From Eledone cirrhosa (Eukaryota): a DNA stretch of 64,000 bases. How positions within the stretch are numbered: position 1 is the first letter of the stretch; each line of letters starts with the position of its first letter. This document shows, piece after piece, positions 29,273 to 43,702 of the stretch. The notes under the pieces are model-generated. The model was not told the DNA's origin and did not search any database. It saw only the letters and a program-made list of their open reading frames with translations. Location of the stretch: contig OZ024745.1 in assembly GCA_964016885.1 (NCBI GenBank), positions 112,220,001-112,284,000 on the forward strand, read 5' to 3'. The translations under genes and the position numbers were made by a program.

Positions 29273-29640
29273 TATTGTTATACTTTGGGAGGGTCATGTT
29301 GCCAATAAGAAACACACGCACCAGTTGCTTTCACTTCAATTTATTATATATTTATAGATTTATAAATTTACAAACTTATAAATTTCTGGTTGGTTGGTTG
29401 GTTCCACAACCAGATAGTTGTTTATATATAGTCATAGTCCTTTCGTCACACACTCTGTGACCTCTTCAGTGACTGGGGATTCCTTTCTTTGTTTCTGTGC
29501 CTTTCCTTTCTTCTGTCCTACGCCATTTTGTTTCTGTGTGTGTGTTGTGTGCTCAGTTTGCGCATGCGCCACATCCAGGTGTCTGTGTGTGTTTGTGTTC
29601 ATTTATCTATTTGTTTATTTATTTATTTATTTATTGTTGG
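29273..29640 (-). mobile_element. PLE pseudo-LTR, family E
   Basis: Shares tacgccatttt and tttgcgcatgcg motifs with the pLTR at 1-199; homologous to 62350-62620; inside (TA)n. Confidence 0.8.
29430..29474 (-). ncRNA. Minimal type I hammerhead ribozyme
   Basis: AGTCA-CTGAAGA-G-GTCACA-gagtg-TGTGAC-GAAA-GGAC-TA-TGACT: 5-bp stem I, 6-bp stem II, CUA site. Confidence 0.85.
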
Positions 29641-29668
29641 TTATATATATATATATATTGTTGGTTAT

Positions 29669-29761
<93 letters not shown>

Positions 29762-29839
29762 GGAGATATATATATATATGGATATATATAGGAGAAAGTA
29801 TGACCCCTTGGCTTCATTGATGCTGTACTAAATTTTGTA

Positions 29840-29892
<53 letters not shown>

Positions 29893-29895
<3 letters not shown>

Positions 29896-30633
29896 TCGAG
29901 TCCGCTTAAGAGTATAGCATAATCAATTCCCGTTTATGTAATTTCTATATAATTTAGTCCGAATAAGAGTATAATTAATACGGTAAAGTAAATTGGGCTT
30001 ATAATGTAACATAACCATTTTAAAATAATTCAAAATGAAATGCGATGATGTCATTTATACAACCATTCTAAAAGCAATTTAAAGTTTAATATATGCAAAT
30101 ACAAAAATAATAATTCATTGTGTCATAAAAATGTCTTTGAAACGCTCTGCTTTATCCATTACTCAAAAAATTGCTATTTTGGATGAATTGAAATCCGCCA
30201 CGTCACATAATGAATTGTCTAATAAATTCAATTGCAGTCAAGCAGCCATCTCCAGAATTAAAAAAAAACGAGAAAAAATATCGAAAATTGGCTCTATCAA
30301 ATGTGAATTTGCATGCGAAACGTAGAAGATCAGTTGATCATCAAGGATTGGAAGATGCACTCATAAAATGGTTTCACCAAATTGCATACCAATAAATTGA
30401 AATATTGCTTAATTTATCTATAATTTGCAATAATTCTTGTTGAATTTTTTGGTGTAGCTTTCATTTTTTTTACTTATAAATGCATTTTAAGCGATAATAA
30501 AGCGATTTTTAATCATTGAAAGACTCAAAATAATAATACTATAGAATATTTTTACTTAGTCTGGATAAGAGTATAGTCCGGTTAAGAGTATACTATTTTC
30601 CATTCCCGAGGGTATACTCTTAAGCGGACTCGA

Positions 30634-30636
<3 letters not shown>
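29893..30636 (+). mobile_element. pogo/Tigger DNA transposon deletion derivative
   Basis: 24-bp TIR CAGTCGAGTCCGCTTAAGAGTATA / TATACTCTTAAGCGGACTCGACTG inside (TA)n. Confidence 0.9.
30131..30395 (+). pseudogene. N-terminal CENP-B-type HTH fragment of a Tigger transposase
   Basis: MSLKRSALSITQKIAIL...LSNKFNCSQAAISRIKK, frameshift, then KRRR...LEDALIKWF. Confidence 0.85.
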
Positions 30637-30690
<54 letters not shown>

Positions 30691-30750
30691 CATACATATG
30701 TGTGTGTGTGTGTGTGTAATAGATATATATGAGTGTGTGTGCGCAATATA

Positions 30751-30935
30751 AATAATTGTTTTTACTTTTGGCACAAGGTCAGCAATTACCCAGTACATTA
30801 CTGGTACTTTATTTAATCGACCCCGTAACGATGAAAGGCAAAGATAACCTTGGCGGGATTTGAACTCAGACCATAAAGGCCCGTAACTCTTTGCTGCAAA
30901 GCATGGCGTCCGACTCTCTACTGATACTGCCAATC
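30751..30935 (-). mobile_element. SINE family 1
   Basis: Full-length reverse copy. Confidence 0.9.
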
Positions 30936-32810
30936 TAATTTCACCTTCCTTTTCAAACGGAACTTGAAAACGTTAATGAGGGCTTGGACGATGAGGAAAG
31001 TGTCTGTCTTCAGTCCTTTAAGTCGGTCGGTCCACCACATAACCTCTTTTGCTACTATAGTCACCAGACAGAGAAAAGCTGCCTACCCTTCCCGGCCAAA
31101 AGAAGACGGTGGGGCGATCTTTACAATGGAGTTGGTCCTACTTACACGCAATAATAGCTGTCAACTATGTCAACTATGTCAACTATGTCAACTATGCCCA
31201 GAAACTGGACGAGTGCGTATAGAACGGTTTCATCGCCCTGTGCGCATCTCGGATAGGTTCCGTGTCTGAAGAGCTTGTCTCGAACTAGCAGTGACCCCCG
31301 GTAGTACTTCAAAGTCAGGGATTTCTGGAAATTGTCCATACACTCCGGCTCGAAAGTTCTCTGGAACAGACTAGTTAGTTTGATTTCATCGACGCCCAGA
31401 GAGAACGTCATCGAACTTGCCCACCACTAGTCCTCTATAGAATGCTAGAGTGGAATTTTCACTGACCGCATGGCTCGATGATAGATGGCTGTGAACGCTT
31501 GACAACATTCCAGGTGCCCAGTTCCGGTCTTCGCTTCAGCCACAGCTGCAGCTCAGTCAAAGAGACGAGCTGTGAGAAGAACTCTCTCACAAATAGCGAC
31601 CAAACGTGTTCCCCGTTTAGGAATACCTGGAAATACCGTAGCATCAGCACATGTCAGCCACGGCATATCCAACCCTCCACAGTAGAACCTGTCCCTTCCA
31701 CAAAATGTTGAAGAGCAGATGCTCCAATTTGGTGAGGTGCAGACTGGAGCAGGACACGACGGTCAGGTGGTAATAGATGACGGCCACTATGCATGCGTTC
31801 CTCCGCCCTACCTTTCATGAATAGCTTTCTCTGGGCCCATCTCTGTGTGAGAGAGGCCACCCAGCTCGTTACCTTGTTGGAGTTCTTATCCACCTGGACG
31901 TCTGGACCAAACCAGACCCCAAGCAACTTTATCGATCCGTTCGTCCACAGTCCGACGGTGATATTGAATGCCATGTATTTGCCTCTCCAAGTGCTGAGCT
32001 GCAATCCCATCGACTTATCCCGGTTGACCTTTGTTCCATTTAGATTTACATTCACACACGCAGCTGAAGACCCGCTGCTTAGTTCGAGTTAGATCACCCA
32101 ACGTCTCTGCTTGCCTGGAAAAAGGGAAACACTAAAGTGCCTGTTAACATATTTTCATGGGATAAGACAAAAAAGTGGTGGGTACTCCTTTTCTTCTGTT
32201 GGGTCCTTTTTCTTCTTTGCTTTACGGTAATTCTTCATTTCTCTTCGAATTCCATTACGTCCCAGTGGTTACAAGAGACGATTAGGTGGGGTACTAGTCG
32301 TCTTTTGGGACCCTGAGGAAACGGATTCTTCGGCCCATGAGAAAGCTAGTCACAGTTCAAAAATAGTCATATAGATTGCAAGAAACATGGGAAATTGTAA
32401 ATCAATTATTTTCCCCAAACGTCACGATAAACCAAGGATTAATGTCACTTCATCGCGACCCTTGTATTTTGTCAGTCTCATATGTGTATGGTCAGACGTG
32501 TATTACGTCTGCTCGTCCTGTTTTCTTGCTTCGTTCTCATCCCTGAATATTATACATATAGACACGTACGCTTTACCGAGGCCAATTGAGGCAATGTTTT
32601 TCCATATGTCGGCCAATCCTATTTATAACAGTTGTTTCGTTGGTAAAAGAAAAGTAGTCCTTGTGTACAATACGAGAGAGGTGCATGTAATTTTCACCTT
32701 TCTCCTTAATAACGTAGTCAGGAAAATTAGTGTGTCCCTTGGTTAGGAAACTTTACCATACTGAACACATTGGTGATAACTCATCCATATTCAATTTTTG
32801 TGCTTTGCTA
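30936..32810 (-). mobile_element. Decayed L1/Tx1-clade LINE
   Basis: KVNRDKSMGL..W..IKLLGVWFG...W..RKL.MKGR (RT thumb region), FQKSLT..YYRGSL; the part beyond ~32100 is less certain. Confidence 0.75.
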
Positions 32811-33800
32811 ATGACATTTGAAAACGAAAACAAAAATCGAAAACAAACGAGAATTTCCTGCCATGACAGCAATCTCTCTTAGTGAAGCTTCTATGTACGC
32901 TGCCATTATAGCTAAAAAAAAGTCGCTATTTATATTTCAACGTGTTACTGTATTTCGTGTGTATATTATTGTAATAAAGAAATATTTTTATTTATTTTGT
33001 TACCTGTCTGTTTTTTCAATATCTCTTCATTTTCTGTGCATTGGGAATGTATCTTAATGCCATTGTAAACGCCATCATTTAGAAAAATCTCCGAAGGGAA
33101 AAGAAGCACAACTTTCCAGAAAAACCCACCATCGTTTATTTTGATAAAAATAAACTGTAACTTGTTCAGAGTGTCCTAATTTGTATTAAAAATCCAAATG
33201 CATAAAAATATTTCTATCCACATTAAAAATCGTAACATTTTCAAGACTGTCAAGAGCACCAAAGAAAGGCGTATTGAGAGATCAGCAGCAAACAACAACA
33301 TCAATGATTTCTTTATTAACCATCTCCATCGTTTCTTTGACGGTTAACATGCATGGTTGCTCTTTATCGGACGTATCTATCCTCAGCTCTTTTCTCTGGC
33401 AGATCAAATGAAGATCGAGGGGAAAGGGACGCTTAGCAACTGGAATGTCATCAAGCGCTCAGAGCCCTCTGACATTTGAACCATGAGGTCGATGGAAACT
33501 CAACTTTGGCGTACTATAGAGGATTAGCGAAAATATTCAAGGATCGTTTTGTTGATTAAAAGTTGGTCCTTACATCCGCATGAGCTGCATTTGCTTCCTT
33601 TTTGTTCACCAGGAAAATATTGTTGTTAATAAGAAAAAGATAAGTGAGTTCTGTCAGAATTGATTTAAGGATATTGTATATTATTGTCAGATACGTTATA
33701 GTTCTATAATTTTGGAGGATTTTTGTTACATCATTTTAAGCAGCAAATTAACCAGCCATTCAGGAGTCGTATGTGGTTTTATTATTATAAAAGTTAGAAC

Positions 33801-33972
33801 GGTGGATTGGCAGTATCGGTACAGGGTCGGGCGCCATGCTGTGCAGCACGGCCCTTTATGTTCTGAGTTCAAATCCCGCCGAGGTTAACTTTGCCTTTCA
33901 TCCTTATGGGGTCGATAAAATAGAGTACCAGTAATACACGGGGGCCTTGTGCCAAAAGTAGAAACAATTATT
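33801..33972 (+). mobile_element. SINE family 1
   Basis: TSD attattataaaagt. Confidence 0.9.
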
Positions 33973-33989
33973 ATAAAAGTGTAAAAGAA

Positions 33990-35420
33990 ACTTAAATTTT
34001 CATGAGAATTTGACCAGATGTTTAACAGAAAGTTTGGGATTTATGCTTTCCATAAGATGTCTGCTGACTGGATATTTTCGATGCAAATTTGATATCATCT
34101 ACGCTTATCTCCACCAACTTCTCTTCTTCTATATATCCCGTCTCTATTTTTTGTTGGTCAATCCATGAGTCATTAAAATCAAACACGTTTTCATCACACC
34201 ATATTTTACTCCAAAAATCATGTATTTTTTGTTTTGTAGAATTATTTTCTACTTCGATTCTGATTTTTCTGTAGAACTTTTGGAGGTTACATTTAAACAT
34301 GTTATCTTTCAAGAACCCAGATCATTTTTCAAAGCAGCGTTTGCGTTGATTATAATTCATATACTTTCTGCTTTTTTAAAAGCTTTAAATTCTGACTTTC
34401 GCCAATATTTTAAAAGTATTTCTATGTCGAAATGAAGAACATTGATTTGTTTCTTGACCTCTTTTTACCATGCTGGCGTTTTTCGAGTTTGTTATTTTCT
34501 TTCTGAGTTTCATCCCACATATTTTACTGCACACAGTAGCAGCAGATTAGTTCATTAAGGGCTGTGATTTCAGTTTATGACGTTCTGTACAGCCATGTTT
34601 ACCTGAGATATTATTTTCTTTTACAATTACAAATGTTTGGAAGATCACGGTGATCCCTCATATCGATGGCTTGATCTGTGATCCATTCAACCATTATTTC
34701 CTTTTCCAGTTCTGTCAGATTATTCGTGGTAACATTATCAGTCATAGATTCACTTCCATTGTCAAGAATTTCATCAAAATGTTCCTCTGCGTGCTCTCTA
34801 CGGAGTAAATTAGTGTTTCTTCTTATTTATGTTTTGTATTAACTAATTCTTGTTCAGAAAGTTCTTTTACATTGACTCTTGCACCACAATTCATGTCTGT
34901 CACTTTATGACTTGCGTTTGTTGGCCTTTTGTTGCACATGTTCAATTAATCGATCTATTTCAATATCAATCATTAATTTACATTCGCAAGGGTATTGCTG
35001 TTGATGTTCAGTTTTATGTTGGGATTCTTTTCCTTCCAGATTCTGTATATTGACTCAATGTTTTAAACTTCTAATGAGCAATCCATGGCAGTGTAGTAAC
35101 CCTCCAAAACATGTTTGTTGTCTTCGCTGGACCATTTCCTCCTATTGCCTATTAAGATACCAGTTGATGTTAGGCGTGGAGGTCCATCAGTCAGATATGT
35201 CCTATTGTGGGAGACCTCCAGCTCCAAATTGATGTGAAGGTTTGATCCAGTAGCTGATGTTTCAACCCTAGGCTGACTCGGGTGATGACCGATCCAGTAT
35301 GAACTATTATTTGTTGCCGTTAAGACACGAGGGAAATATGAGTGAGGCCACTCAAAGACCAGTATTTTTAACAAAACAATACCTCTAGATAGATTGTCAA
35401 TCACGAGTTAAAGAGACCTA
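33990..35420 (-). mobile_element. 5' part of a decayed R4/Dong-like (RLE) LINE
   Basis: RRKWSSEDNKHVLEGYY; FKCNLQKFYR..FWSKIW...WI resemble R4-clade N-terminal motifs. Confidence 0.6.
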
Positions 35421-35604
35421 TCTACACTTTGCAGGGGCAGACGATTCTACACTGGGCTCTAAACCTGTTTATTATTTCGCGAAGGATATATATTAGATTA
35501 TTACTTGTCCTAGGTATGTTACCTTCATCACGACTATGACTGGAGTCCCATTTACCCTTTTATCATCATTATTACAACCACCCTGTTATCATCCCTCACA
35601 TGAA

Positions 35605-35880
35605 CTGTAATTGATATTGCAGTCCCCGAAGATCTCAATGTAGCTGAAAAGAGAACGGAAAAGATCAATAAGTGTGCAAACCTTGCAGGTTCTATTAGAA
35701 CTGGGCACCATGTAGAGACATAAGTCGTGCCAATCGTTATTGGTATGCTAGACACGTTCCTAAACGCCTAACGTCTTTCATTAAAAGCCTCGAGATCTTG
35801 AACTTCATAGGTAGTGCTCACATTTCTACCATCACTAGTATTGCCTGAATCCTGTGCGATATATTAAGCCTCTGTGATCA
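35605..35880 (+). pseudogene. RLE endonuclease fragment of an R4/Dong-like LINE
   Basis: IDIAVPEDLNVAEKRTEKINK...VVPIVIG. Confidence 0.65.
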
Positions 35881-36017
35881 GGGACTTATCTGAGGCCAAT
35901 TAACGCTTCACCTAGAAACAGATTGCTAGAGAAACCTTACAAAAAGATCATTATTATGAGATCCTGGGGATTCTTAAAACATAACTCTCAGTTTCACGCT
36001 GCTGATTATGTAAATAA

Positions 36018-36511
36018 ACTAGCAGTGGTACCCGGCGTTGCACGGGATAAGGTATCTTGGAACGCGGGCCGCCAACAGATCTAATCGTGGAAAAACTGCA
36101 TGCCTGGACAATATGTCAAAGAAAATAAACCGAATACTCTGATGGCTGGATAATCTTTAAGATTTTACTCGATGAAGCAGGAAAAATGCAGGTTTTCACC
36201 TAATGCGGGCCCTAGGGGATCCAGAAAATGAATTTGTTTAATGTGCATAATATGCCTTGAAATTTCGGGAAAATCGGCTAGACGTAGCGCCTCAAAAGAG
36301 CCCTAAAAAGCTGAAAAAAAAGGAAGTTTTTCACCTAATGCGTGCCCTAGAGGATCAAAAGGTTGAATTTTTATGGGCATAACGCTCCCTGAAACATAAG
36401 TAATACACATGTAAAGTTTGAAAAGAATTGGTTGGGTAATTCTCGAGTTTTAGGGATTCAAACTTGCAGACACACACACACAACAGACATCCTCAGTTTT
36501 ATATATATAGA
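36018..36511 (-). mobile_element. Non-autonomous Helitron-like element
   Basis: 5' tctatatatataaaactgagg, 3' ccgtgcaacgccgggtaccactgCTAG on the minus strand. Confidence 0.8.
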
Positions 36512-36788
36512 TAATAAATACTCAACGCGACCCTATAGAAGAAAACATATTCGCAAACACGTGGAAGTACTATTAATCATCAAGGATTGATTGGTTGCTA
36601 AGATACCATTCTATAATGTCTCACACATTCACCTATTCAATTGTCATACACAGGACACGGGATATATTCATCTTCTCACCTGCAAAAATACATATTTTCA
36701 GATCATCAGAATAATTTGGCTGAAACACACTAAAGACAATGAGACAGTACTGTTAATGAATAATAGAATTTCTTCTTCATTATATGAT

Positions 36789-36975
36789 GGTGGATTGGCA
36801 GTATCGGTAGATGGTCGGGCACCATGCTTTGACGCATAGAGTTACGGCCCTTGCCATTCTGAGTTCAAATCCTGCCGAGGTTAACTTTGCCTTTCATCCT
36901 TACCGGGTCGATAAAATAAAGTACCAGTAATGTACTGGGTAATTGCTGGCCTTGTGCCAAAAGTAGAAACAATTA
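36789..36975 (+). mobile_element. SINE family 1
   Basis: Full length; TSD attatatgat. Confidence 0.9.
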
Positions 36976-38851
36976 TATGATTCTCATCTAGGACATGGCA
37001 CAACCATTAAGTTATCAAATACACTATTTTAGTCAATCAGTAGTTGTTAAATAAGTATAAATGGAATATTTGCAAATATCCGCCAATTCCTATTTGTTGT
37101 TCAAAATTGCAAAAAACTGTAATAGGTTGTTATATTTCTTTTGGGGAAACGAAGATAACATTTTCTAGAGCAGCGAACATAGGGTGACGATGCTCTATAA
37201 CAGTTTAATCGTTTTTATATGTTATGATCCATATATATTTGTATAAGGAAGGGGTGAAATCTGTCCCCGAGTGTTACAATTGGTACATATTTTCGGAGAA
37301 TCTTTTTTTTTAAAGGTTTTTCTCTTTTCTTTTACTGTTATTTGCAGGAGAGATATTAGCTCGAGAAATTATTGTTTTAAACAGAGGTACTGTTGAAAGG
37401 GAAGATGTTATAGTTATTGCAGTTATATAGAACAGGAGAGATTTGTGTGTTTGTACTTGAAATTTGTCATCTGTTTATACTGGCTACTGAAGCAGCAATG
37501 TTATCTTGTGCAACATAGCTCACTTTAACGTTATTTCCATTAAAATCCTTATGATGTCGATGGACTTCATAGAAATGCTTTTTTATAGAGTTTAGGAAAA
37601 TCCTGGCAACACCAGAATGGGCATTTTCATGTATTATTTATTTATTAATCAATTTAAACGTCCGCATAGAGTTAGTAAGCCATGGCAGAATAGGGGAAGT
37701 ATCTAGTATTTCTTACAGTTGAGAAACAAAAAACAAAAAGATATACAGAGATAAATGAATAGAACCCCCCCCCCTAAAAAATAGAATGAAAAATAGAAAG
37801 AAAAGCCAACGAGAGGTAAAATAAAAAGATAAAGAAAAATACGAAGCAAGGGAAACCGTAAAGCAGCTAAAAGGTTCTAATGTTGAATCTTTTCCTAATC
37901 TCCATGTACAGAAAGATTTCGTTTATAGTTGGTATGTATGTATGTATGTATGTATGTATGTATGTATGTATGTATGTATGTATGTCAGGTCACCAGTTGG
38001 TGCTACTGGTAACATGTATCCCAGTACAACCTGTCTCATGGTCGGGTCGTTGGCGACTAAACTGGCAACCCCACCTAGGTTTCTTGGTGAGGAGGGTGAC
38101 TTTGGACATCCTGCAGGACTAAAAACAAAACCTGTCAAAGGGCAAAGGAGCTCTTAAGAGTCAATGACCATCCAAAATCACCGGGAGAGATGACCCCTTA
38201 GCCTTTGTCAAGGCAGAATTCTAGGAGAAGGAAAACTCTGATATAACACCTGCAACCCTGATGGTATCCAATGATGTTGACTTGTTCTTCTTTTTGGTAA
38301 ATATCATCTTGGTTAAGCGAGTGGGACTGGCTTTCTGCAGTACCTTTGCTCACTATAAAAGCTTCACGGCACAGGCATTGCTTTATATCTGGAGATCTCT
38401 CTGCACTTGTCCTCACATGGTACCATGGGCCCAGCACTATGTGTCAATAATGTCACAAGTGTAGTGTTTGTACCAGAGTTTTCAAGTCGCTGGCTGGACT
38501 GAAAAGTCACACTCGTTCAGCGCATCCGTAGGGGTTCTCCTACATGGATATAAAGTAGTGACCGTACTCGAAAACGAGTTGGCAGCCACCATGTATGTAT
38601 GCATGTATGTATGTATGTATGTATGTATGTATGTATGTATGTATGTATGTATTTATGCATGTATGTATGTGTGTGTGTATGTATGTATGTTCTCCAATTC
38701 TTTACGCTATTTTAACCACCACGTGTAAGGCCATGCTGAAGCATCACTTTTAAAGTAAATGCAATCGTAATGTGCTTTAAAAACAAAACCGAGAAATAGT
38801 TTTAATAGAAATAAATTACTTAGAAATGAATAGAGATGTATTTGAGTGTGT

Positions 38852-38959
<108 letters not shown>

Positions 38960-39291
38960 GTGCGTATACGCGTGTGTGTGTATATGAGTCTGTGTGAGTG
39001 GTTACTAATGCATTTTCATATCTTTGTATAATATGCATGTATATGTTTGTGCGCATATATGTAATCGTAATTGATTTTAAAAATACAGTAATACATATTA
39101 CAAGAAGTTTCTAAAGAGGAATACAATATTTTACTTTACATAGATATGTGATAGTTATTGTAGTGTGAATGAATGAGTATAAATTCTAGCGTTGGAATTT
39201 GTACTACGTAGTTTTTAAGTGAATGGAGGAAGGAAAAATAGATGGATCTATAAATAGATAGGAAAGTATAATACAGAGGAATGTATACACT

Positions 39292-39322
<31 letters not shown>

Positions 39323-39617
39323 GTAAGAATATTTTTCGAAACAGCGAGCGGGTTTGAAATTATTATAAATGTAAGCTATCGCCGTATTTTGACTAAAGAA
39401 ATTAAAGAAATTATTTACCCTGATAGTGGGGTTAAGAACCCTCGGTGAAATGGAAAAAGATGAGTATTGACGTACATCTTTGGTTATCCAGACCACTGTG
39501 CTACCATTTACACCAACAAGTCATATATATATGTAATGCATTCGAAAGTGTAGTGATCCACAGAAGATGAGCAGGAATTTTGCTTGTGTTTGTATCTTCC
39601 ATGTTTTCACTCACGAG

Positions 39618-39693
<76 letters not shown>

Positions 39694-39695
<2 letters not shown>

Positions 39696-39886
39696 CGAAT
39701 GAGATGTGGTAAGGAACCAGGTGGACCATAACGCACCAAAGTACTCAATACTTGAGGTAGTAGAGTGGGTAATAGGAACCAGTAAGACCCCGACAGCTGA
39801 GCTCAAGCCGTTTCGACGGCTAATTCGCCGTCGAAATTAGCCGTCGAAACGGCTTGAGCTCAGCTGTCGGGGTCTTACTGGTTCCT
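39694..39886 (-). mobile_element. Fold-back PLE-like remnant, family A (copy 2)
   Basis: Homologous to 24981-25171; palindrome centred at ~39830. Confidence 0.82.
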
Positions 39887-39920
39887 ATATATATATATAT
39901 ATTTAACCATCTTTTGATCT

Positions 39921-39994
<74 letters not shown>

Positions 39995-40002
<8 letters not shown>

Positions 40003-40443
40003 AGATCAAAAGATGGTTAAATGAGTTCCATATATTTTATTATGCGCGTTTCAAAAACAAATATCATCATGCAATAACATTTGTGTTTTCATCAGATAAA
40101 ATAGGAGGACATGATATGAAGGTTAAAAACACTTGTGGATAGTGCAGTTTTAAATCAACAGATAGTGCAGTTTTAAATCAACATATATATTATATGTTGA
40201 TTTAAAACTGCACTATCCACAAGTGTTTTTAACCTTCATATCATGTCCTCCTATTTTATCTGATGAAAACACAAATGTTATTGCATGATGATATTTGTTT
40301 TTGAAATGCGCATAATAAAATATATGGAACTCATTTAACCATCTTTTGATCTTATATATTATGTATACTCCAGTCCTACAAACTGTAGAGTGCTTCTTAT
40401 CCGATATCTGCATTGCTTTGTTGTACTACAATAAAACTCACCT

Positions 40444-40446
<3 letters not shown>
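39995..40446 (+). mobile_element. Fold-back PLE-like remnant, family B
   Basis: Arms of ~160 bp (39995-40160 / 40197-40360) plus a tail to 40446 ending in (TA)n; homolog at 59993-60403. Confidence 0.85.
40252..40322 (+). ncRNA. Type I hammerhead ribozyme (mirror copy 40033-40103, minus)
   Basis: TATTTTAT-CTGATGA-(36-nt hairpin)-GAAA-TGCGCA-TA-ATAAAATA: 8-bp stem I, palindromic stem III. Confidence 0.88.
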
Positions 40447-40484
<38 letters not shown>

Positions 40485-40552
40485 CCAATGAGCAGGAAAT
40501 TGTGCTTGTGTTTGTATCTTCCATGTATCTTCCATATTATATATATATATAT

Positions 40553-41269
40553 GTAAAAGTTCTATTTAAATTGTTGGGATACAACAAGCAAATATTTTTA
40601 TAACTGATATAAAGCACTCAACAAATATTTGGAGTAAACATACGATATTAACAAATGGAAACTATATTTATAAAACCATATTTATTTCATTATACATATT
40701 TCAAGGACGCCAAGTTAAATTATGGTGTGCTTCATCTAATCATATTTAAACAATGATTAATTTCTCATATTATATATGTATATTCCATTCATGATTATTA
40801 ACATTTCTAATTTTATTTATTCATTTCATCTCAATTGTTAAGTTAACTCAACAAGATATGACTTAGAGTTTTCGTTCTCTCCCTTTCTCTCTGTCTCCTC
40901 TCTCTCTATATATCTTTCTCTCTCTGTTGTTTTGGTCTCTCTCTCTCTCTTTTCTCTCTCTCTCATTTTCTCTCTCTCTCTTTCTCTCTCTCTCCTTCTT
41001 TATCTTTTTCTTTCTATGTAACCCAACGGCTTATTTTAAAAATAAAAATATCCAATACTAATAATAATATAATTAAACAACTCCACTATCCGGGAGCTTC
41101 CAACAGTAATGGTTGCATTTTTTAAGGGTATGTCAATATTTGTTTATAAAACTGATCTATATTATATTTTGTCTGATGAAAGCACACCATAATTTAACTT
41201 GGTGTCCTTGAAATATGTATAATGAAATAAATATGGTTTTATAAATATAGTTTCCATTTGTTTAATATC

Positions 41270-41272
<3 letters not shown>
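40553..41272. mobile_element. Inverted PLE-like remnant, family F
   Basis: 40640-40737 is the reverse complement of 41172-41272; homolog at 61516-61950; (TA)n on both sides. Confidence 0.8.
41165..41229 (+). ncRNA. Type I hammerhead ribozyme
   Basis: TATTTTGT-CTGATGA-AAGCACACCA..TGGTGTCCTT-GAAA-TATGTA-TA-ATGAAATA. Confidence 0.8.
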
Positions 41273-41331
<59 letters not shown>

Positions 41332-41430
41332 TTAATATACTTAATACAGGACAATAACTGTTTGATTCGGCGGATGAACCCGGGATAAACATATCTATAT
41401 CTATATCTATATCTATACCTATATCTATAT

Positions 41431-42095
41431 ACTAGCAGTGGTACCCAGCGTTGAAATATATAACCACCTTAGCTAAGCTTAGTATTGCCACAACCACGGC
41501 TGGTAAAGAAGTAAGGGTCTGGTGGTACGTAAGTAAGCAACACTGTGGCTTAAAACGCGAGGAAGAAGTTGTGTGCACTTACCAACTGCTTGGGGAATGA
41601 GTGTGAGATTTGTCTTGAGCAAGGGTGGCTGAATAACCGGAGGCAGCAGACAGCCAGACATACAGACAGATATTATAAGGGCGCGTTTTGGACGCAGAGC
41701 GAATTGTAGGAAGTGACGTAATGCAGACACCCAGACATGCAGACAGATATTATAAGGGCGCGACGTTGTTATAAAGGTCGATAAAATAAAGTACCAGTAA
41801 TGCACTGGGTAATTGCTGGCCTTGTGCCTAAAGTAGAAACAATTATAAGGGCGCGACGTTATATGTATGTATCTATCTAAAAAGAGAAAGACTAAGAATT
41901 ATAGAGAGAGATCGCTAAATCGCCTAATGCGGTCCCTAGGGGCGTTGAAAATTTGAAATTGTTTTTGCTCAGAACACTCCCTGAAACATAAGTATTACAT
42001 GTGTAAAGTTTAAAACAGTCGGTTGGGTGGTTCTCTAGTTTTAGGGATTCAAACTCACTCACACAGACAAACATCCTCAGTTTTATATATATAGA
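41431..42095 (-). mobile_element. Non-autonomous Helitron-like element with a nested SINE fragment (41777-41845)
   Basis: Same termini as 36018-36511; SINE TSD ttataagggcgcgacgtt. Confidence 0.78.
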
Positions 42096-42155
42096 TATAT
42101 ATATACATATATACATACACACACAATATCAATCTCTCTTTCTCTCTCTCTCTCT

Positions 42156-42905
<750 letters not shown>

Positions 42906-43075
42906 TTATTCGTCAGGTATATTAAAACTGTTAGTCCCATCAGGTAATGATTTGACACCGGAAGCGGTAGAACGAATAGTAGTAATCTGATAGATGAATA
43001 GCCTAATAAATAAATAAAACACAAGTCTCAACATTTCTGCTTTTGTTCTCTTTTGTTTAAGCTACATTTCTCCAT

Positions 43076-43214
<139 letters not shown>

Positions 43215-43384
43215 ACAACAATTCTGTGGATTTTTTTTTATGTACCACACTATGTTATTTTCTAATTCTGTCTTCACACTTTATCAGTCTTCTTCCTCCT
43301 GTTTTTCTTGGTAGGTATAATCTGTTTGTGTCGCGTCGCTCTTTGGATGAAATACTACATATCTACTAAGAAGTCTCATGGATG

Positions 43385-43640
43385 TGCCAAATAGACGATT
43401 GTAAAGAAAAAAACACAGTACAAGCATTTGAAGATGGATGAAACTGAAAGTAGAAAAAAGAATGTATGGACAATTCTATAGAGATGTTGAAGATAGGGCA
43501 GGCAGAAAAAAATGTGGTTTGGATGGCCACGAGTGATATAAAACCGGAAACAGAAGCCTTAATCTGTGCTGCTCAAGAACTAACTACTTCAAACATATAT
43601 TAGAGCACACAGCAGAAAGTGATAAGTGTAGAATTTGTCG
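43385..43640 (+). pseudogene. C-terminal fragment of an R4/Dong-like LINE
   Basis: MYGQFYR...IKPETEALICAAQE...DKCRIC. Confidence 0.7.
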
Positions 43641-43702
43641 ATAAAATAAAAGTAGAAACAATTATATTTCTTAGTGTTGTCGTTCCGTAGCCATTATATT
43701 AA

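Noticed and set aside
39995-40360. Long palindromes read as MITEs or miRNA precursors
   Set aside because: Asymmetric tails, copy-specific apex junctions and embedded hammerheads fit PLE fold-back products better
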